From Oculina patagonica (Eukaryota), in NCBI RefSeq assembly GCF_052425735.1, contig NC_135769.1, positions 4,340,001-4,404,000 of the forward strand: a stretch of DNA of 64,000 nt. Reading direction: 5' to 3'. Positions within the stretch are counted from its first letter, which is position 1. Each line of letters starts with the position of its first letter. The notes beneath the pieces are model-generated. The model searched no databases, had not been told where the DNA came from, and saw only the letters and a list, made by a program, of their open reading frames with translations. The position numbers were made by a program, and so were the translations under genes. Shown here piece after piece: positions 60,359 to 64,000 of this stretch.

Positions 60359-61348
60359 ATGTCGAACATTTCTCAGTTAAATAATTCAAATCGTATGCTA
60401 TCTAGCCCTCCAAAACTTCCCGTCTTCCAACCCGATGTTGATGAAATTAACGACGATGAAAACTGCAGCAGAGAGCTGGATTTTCTCTTCTGGATTATAA
60501 ACGGCGTCATCGGAGCTTTCATTCTGCTGGGAAACACTCTAACATGTGCAGCTTTTCTACGCTTTGAGAATCTCCGACGTAGCTGCATGAATGTTCTTTT
60601 GCTCAGCCTGGCCATTTGTGATGTTCTTATGGGGGTGACAGTAACGCCTGGCTACGCTGCATTCTGCACTGGCTGCACATACGGCTTCAGTAAGCTCTGC
60701 TGGCTTTTCGAAGGCGGGAAAGATGTCTGCTTTCTGAACTCCACGTTTAATCTTCTAGCGATCTCCTATGACAGGCAGCTAGCCATTTTTCAGCCGCTGA
60801 AATATCAGGCCAAGATGTCGCGAAGGAAAATTCGCTGGATTTTGACCGCAGTTTGGATCGTGCCTGTGTGTCTTGCCGCTGTAAGAAACATTTGGTCTCA
60901 CAACCAACCGGCGAATGTCGTCGAAGAGTGGAACAGGACCTATTCATACATTTTACTGTGTGTTTTTGTGATAGTCCCCATTATCACTGTCAGCGTTATC
61001 AATGTCGCAATTTTCTGCGCCATTAGAAAACAAAGACGAAAAATAACAGGTTTCGACTACAACAATTATAAATACTGGTGGAAAAAGAAGAATCGTATGC
61101 AATATATTCAACTGCGAAAGGGCACGCTTTCATGCGTTTTAGTAGTTATCGCATTTGTAGTTTGCTGGCTTCCTAGAGCTTTTTATTACTTCTTTTATTT
61201 GTTCGGCCGTCCCGAGTTAGTTACGCCGTTTCTGCGTAAAATTTCGGTGACTTTTCTGCTGTTTCAATCTTCGACAAATCCTTTTATTTACTCTTTTTAC
61301 AGAAGGGAGTTCCGACAAGCTGTCAGAATTTTAATTAAATGTCAGTAG
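60359..61348 (+). CDS. Class A orphan GPCR, family member 9 (329 aa from 60359; in-frame upstream ATG at 60263)
   Basis: 7TM; GN, SLAICD, YDRQ, CWLP, NPFIY; start codon ambiguous. Confidence 0.93.
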   Translation: MSNISQLNNSNRMLSSPPKLPVFQPDVDEINDDENCSRELDFLFWIINGVIGAFILLGNTLTCAAFLRFENLRRSCMNVLLLSLAICDVLMGVTVTPGYAAFCTGCTYGFSKLCWLFEGGKDVCFLNSTFNLLAISYDRQLAIFQPLKYQAKMSRRKIRWILTAVWIVPVCLAAVRNIWSHNQPANVVEEWNRTYSYILLCVFVIVPIITVSVINVAIFCAIRKQRRKITGFDYNNYKYWWKKKNRMQYIQLRKGTLSCVLVVIAFVVCWLPRAFYYFFYLFGRPELVTPFLRKISVTFLLFQSSTNPFIYSFYRREFRQAVRILIKCQ

Positions 61349-62273
61349 TCTTGAGCAAGCCTCAAGCAGGTTTAACTTTATAGCTTACGTCAATCGGCTA
61401 ATTTATGTCGATCACTGTACCGAAACAGCTGAAGGAAAGAATAAAAATGCCACATTTATTAATTTTCTAGTGTTTTCTTCCAGTACATATCATTTTTGTT
61501 TCAGCTAACACTAATAAAGTTATAGCTAAGGTTAAAGCTTCCCTGTCATTCAAGTTTATGTGCATAGACTGCATGATATGTACATCTATTCTTTTATTTG
61601 TCGGAAAAAGTGTTTGTCTTTCTCCCCTTTCCGGGTTAGGTAAAATTTGGCTGCTTCTGCGGGCTTCTTTACTGTGCGCTAATAAAACACAGACATGCAA
61701 TGTGATTTGGGGTTAAATGGCAAATCCTCTATAGATCGGTTTTCAGTCGAGTGTCGCAAGACCAAAACCACAGCAAAACCAATCATAGCAAACTTGAACA
61801 ACACGACGAACCAATGAAAACTCGAAGGGCATACATGTGACCGACATCAAGCGCGAGATCACGCGTGCTACCAAGTCGCGATTTGCTTTTTTTTTTTTTG
61901 CATCTGATTGGCTGCAGTGAGTTTGTTGACCAATCATTGTGCTATTTTTTGATGGGACAATGAAATCGAGACATGCTTCAACGTAGATCTTCCAGTCTGC
62001 CGACTGTTTTCGCACGCGCATTGCGCCTAGTCGTCTCTTATAGGCTACGGAAAGTCAGTAAGAGGTATCGGGGAGACTGTGCAGCTCTCAGGCCTTAGTG
62101 TATTGCAAAAATAATTTTAAAAGCCAACAATTTGGTGCTCACATTGACCTTACACTCAACCAATTGTCAACATGGAGCTTTGCAAAATTTTCAGACGCTT
62201 AAATTCTGGATAGGTTAATTTTAATCAAAACTTGTCCGATATATTTAGGTTTCAATTTCTGGGCAGGTTGTAA

Positions 62274-62620
62274 GAGACGCGGTAGACTGATGGTTAGTGC
62301 GCTGGGCTTGGAACATCCTCGGAGACCCAGGGGCAGTTTGGGGGCGGGGGAAAGACTGCCCCTGGGTCTCCGAGGATGGGCTTGGAATAGAGCGTTCCTG
62401 GGTCGAGCCCTAATCTGGGCCTCTGCGTTGTGTTCTTAGACAGGGAACTTCACTTCTACATTGCCTGTCTCCACCCAGATGTAAAAATAGCTACTGGAAA
62501 TTCATACCGGGGTAGCTCTGCGATGGATTAGCATCCCATCCAGGGGGAAGTAGAAATACTCCTAGTCGCTTAATGCTACGGGAACCGGGATAAGCTTCGG
62601 CATGATGGGCCACAAGGCTA
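62274..62620 (+). mobile_element. tRNA-derived SINE with V-SINE-like body
   Basis: Degenerate A and B boxes (TGATGGTTAGTGCG, GGGTCGAGCCC); body CTCCACCCAGATGTAAA..GCGATGGATTAGCATCCCATCCAGGGGGAAGTAGAAATACTCCTAGTCGCTT..GGGATAAGCT. Confidence 0.75.
62314..62378. mobile_element. 65-bp hairpin MITE, perfect 24-bp TIR, 9-bp TSD, inserted in the SINE head
   Basis: GGCTTGGAA|CATCCTCGGAGACCCAGGGGCAGT...ACTGCCCCTGGGTCTCCGAGGATG|GGCTTGGAA. Confidence 0.92.
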
Positions 62621-63779
62621 GAATACAGATGATACAGAACATAAGGCGATAGAAACAATCTACACACAAGAGTTTCAATAGCAGTAAAATGCACGGTTTA
62701 TTAGCAAAGTGAGTTTGACTGTCCATGATCAGCTATCCGACAAGAAGATAGATGTTTTCTTACAATCAATATTTATTTTGTTTGGGTTGTTACAAATTTA
62801 ATATCGAAGAATATAAATATACAAAGGTACAAAATAAATACGAACGAAGTTTGAGTTCTGGTAGTCATTTCTTACAAATATTCGAGGGTTTTAAAAAATT
62901 TGCCATTGGAAATAGTCCTTAATTTTATGTACTTTACGTCAGATTATTAAACGAACATTGAACTAATTAAGTCATGAAATCAGTACTTCGATGACGCGAA
63001 AACATGAGAACAAAAGAATACATACTATACACATATAAAACCTACATAAGTGAAATTTAACGTTCGAAAGGAATGCTTTCCACGGATGCTTTGTGCAAAA
63101 GCATTGCGGCGGTATGTCGCAGCTTGATGAATGCATTGTTTGAGAAACTATTCGCTCTTCAGCACTTCTCACTGTTGAGCGACTAAGTTATGCCCGACAA
63201 GAAAAAAAAATGTTAATTTAACACCAACTATAACCCCTATAGAGCCCAAATTTATAATTTCATTGAAACGCTGCCTAACTTTGACTTTTACTACTAACTT
63301 GACTAACTTAGCTGACTAAATAACAGAGATTTACTAAGCACTCTATAGATTTTCACACATGTACTAAAACTAAACTAAACACTAGTTTAAAATAACTCTA
63401 AGTATTCTAGTCGCTATTTAGACCACAGAACTTTGCCTATTACTCTTTCGTATTGGGGTTTCATGACGATTGTGCGAGTATTATGAGATGGAAAAATATT
63501 ATTTCATGCTTCAGGTTGAGTGATGGGTGTCCTGTCAACTGAATCTTGCCATCTTGGCGGGGATTTCTGGACAAGAAAAGAAAATAAGAAAAATATATTA
63601 GAAAAAGAGTAATCTGCGGCTAAAAGCAGTGACCATTCAAATGTAGTAGAAGTTTTATTAGATGTTAGTAGAGGTGTGGACAATAAAAAAAAACCAAAAG
63701 CAAAGAAAGAACCTAAATGTTCAGACAAGGTTTTAAGAAATATTAAAAAGACATCTATTTACAAAAGTGAATGAGTGTC

Positions 63780-63982
63780 ATGTGTTTTTCAATGCTGTCC
63801 AAAGGTAGTCCTAGCTTTAAAGTCTGTGGGAGAAAACCTAGTGTGTGACCATTCAAATGAACGCTACTGAGCAGTACTTTCATGTGGTACTGTTTATTAT
63901 GCTGTACAAGGTGGTACTAACTTTTAAGTCCTGAGATGAAACCCTAGTGTGTGACCATTCAAATGAAAGCTATTGAACAGTT
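63780..63982 (+). repeat. ~106-bp satellite units
   Basis: GTGTGTGACCATTCAAATGAA occurs at 63841 and 63947. Confidence 0.85.
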
Positions 63983-64000
63983 CTTGTAAGTCACGTTAGT

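Noticed and set aside
4329-61348. Naming the receptors as adrenergic, histamine, TAAR, adenosine or opsin
   Set aside because: There is no Asp3.32, no ECL2 Cys and no Lys7.43 (the basic residue is at 7.36, or 7.45 in the 41104 protein), so gene symbols were withheld.

Overview
Eukaryotic, AT-rich, repeat-rich invertebrate genomic DNA. The SINE, MITE and satellite types resemble those I associate with stony corals, but that taxonomic call is from memory. The window holds a tandem cluster of ten intact class A (rhodopsin-family) GPCR genes with uninterrupted coding regions, plus one chimeric GPCR pseudogene. Nine intact receptors form one divergent paralog family with a shared, non-canonical signature: (1) an invariant N-terminal Cys 23 residues before N1.50, an ECL1 CxxC/CxxxC and C3.25, but no ECL2 Cys; (2) basic residues at 3.32, 4.60, 6.51 and 7.36, with Lys/Arg replacing the aminergic Asp3.32; (3) Asn replacing Tyr5.58. 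This suggests an orphan, possibly chemosensory, family for anionic ligands. The tenth receptor (41104-42099) is unrelated and has degenerate switches (SQY, DAFIY). A diverged duplication plus inversion (29.6-42 kb) fused a copy of that gene in frame to the C-tail and 3' flank of a family member. Intergenic DNA carries TIR/hairpin MITEs, two tRNA-derived SINEs, several satellites (one with an internal inversion), an IS3EU-like remnant, minimal-hammerhead-like motifs and a very degenerate RTE-like LINE. Ballesteros-Weinstein positions were counted by eye; no searches were run.
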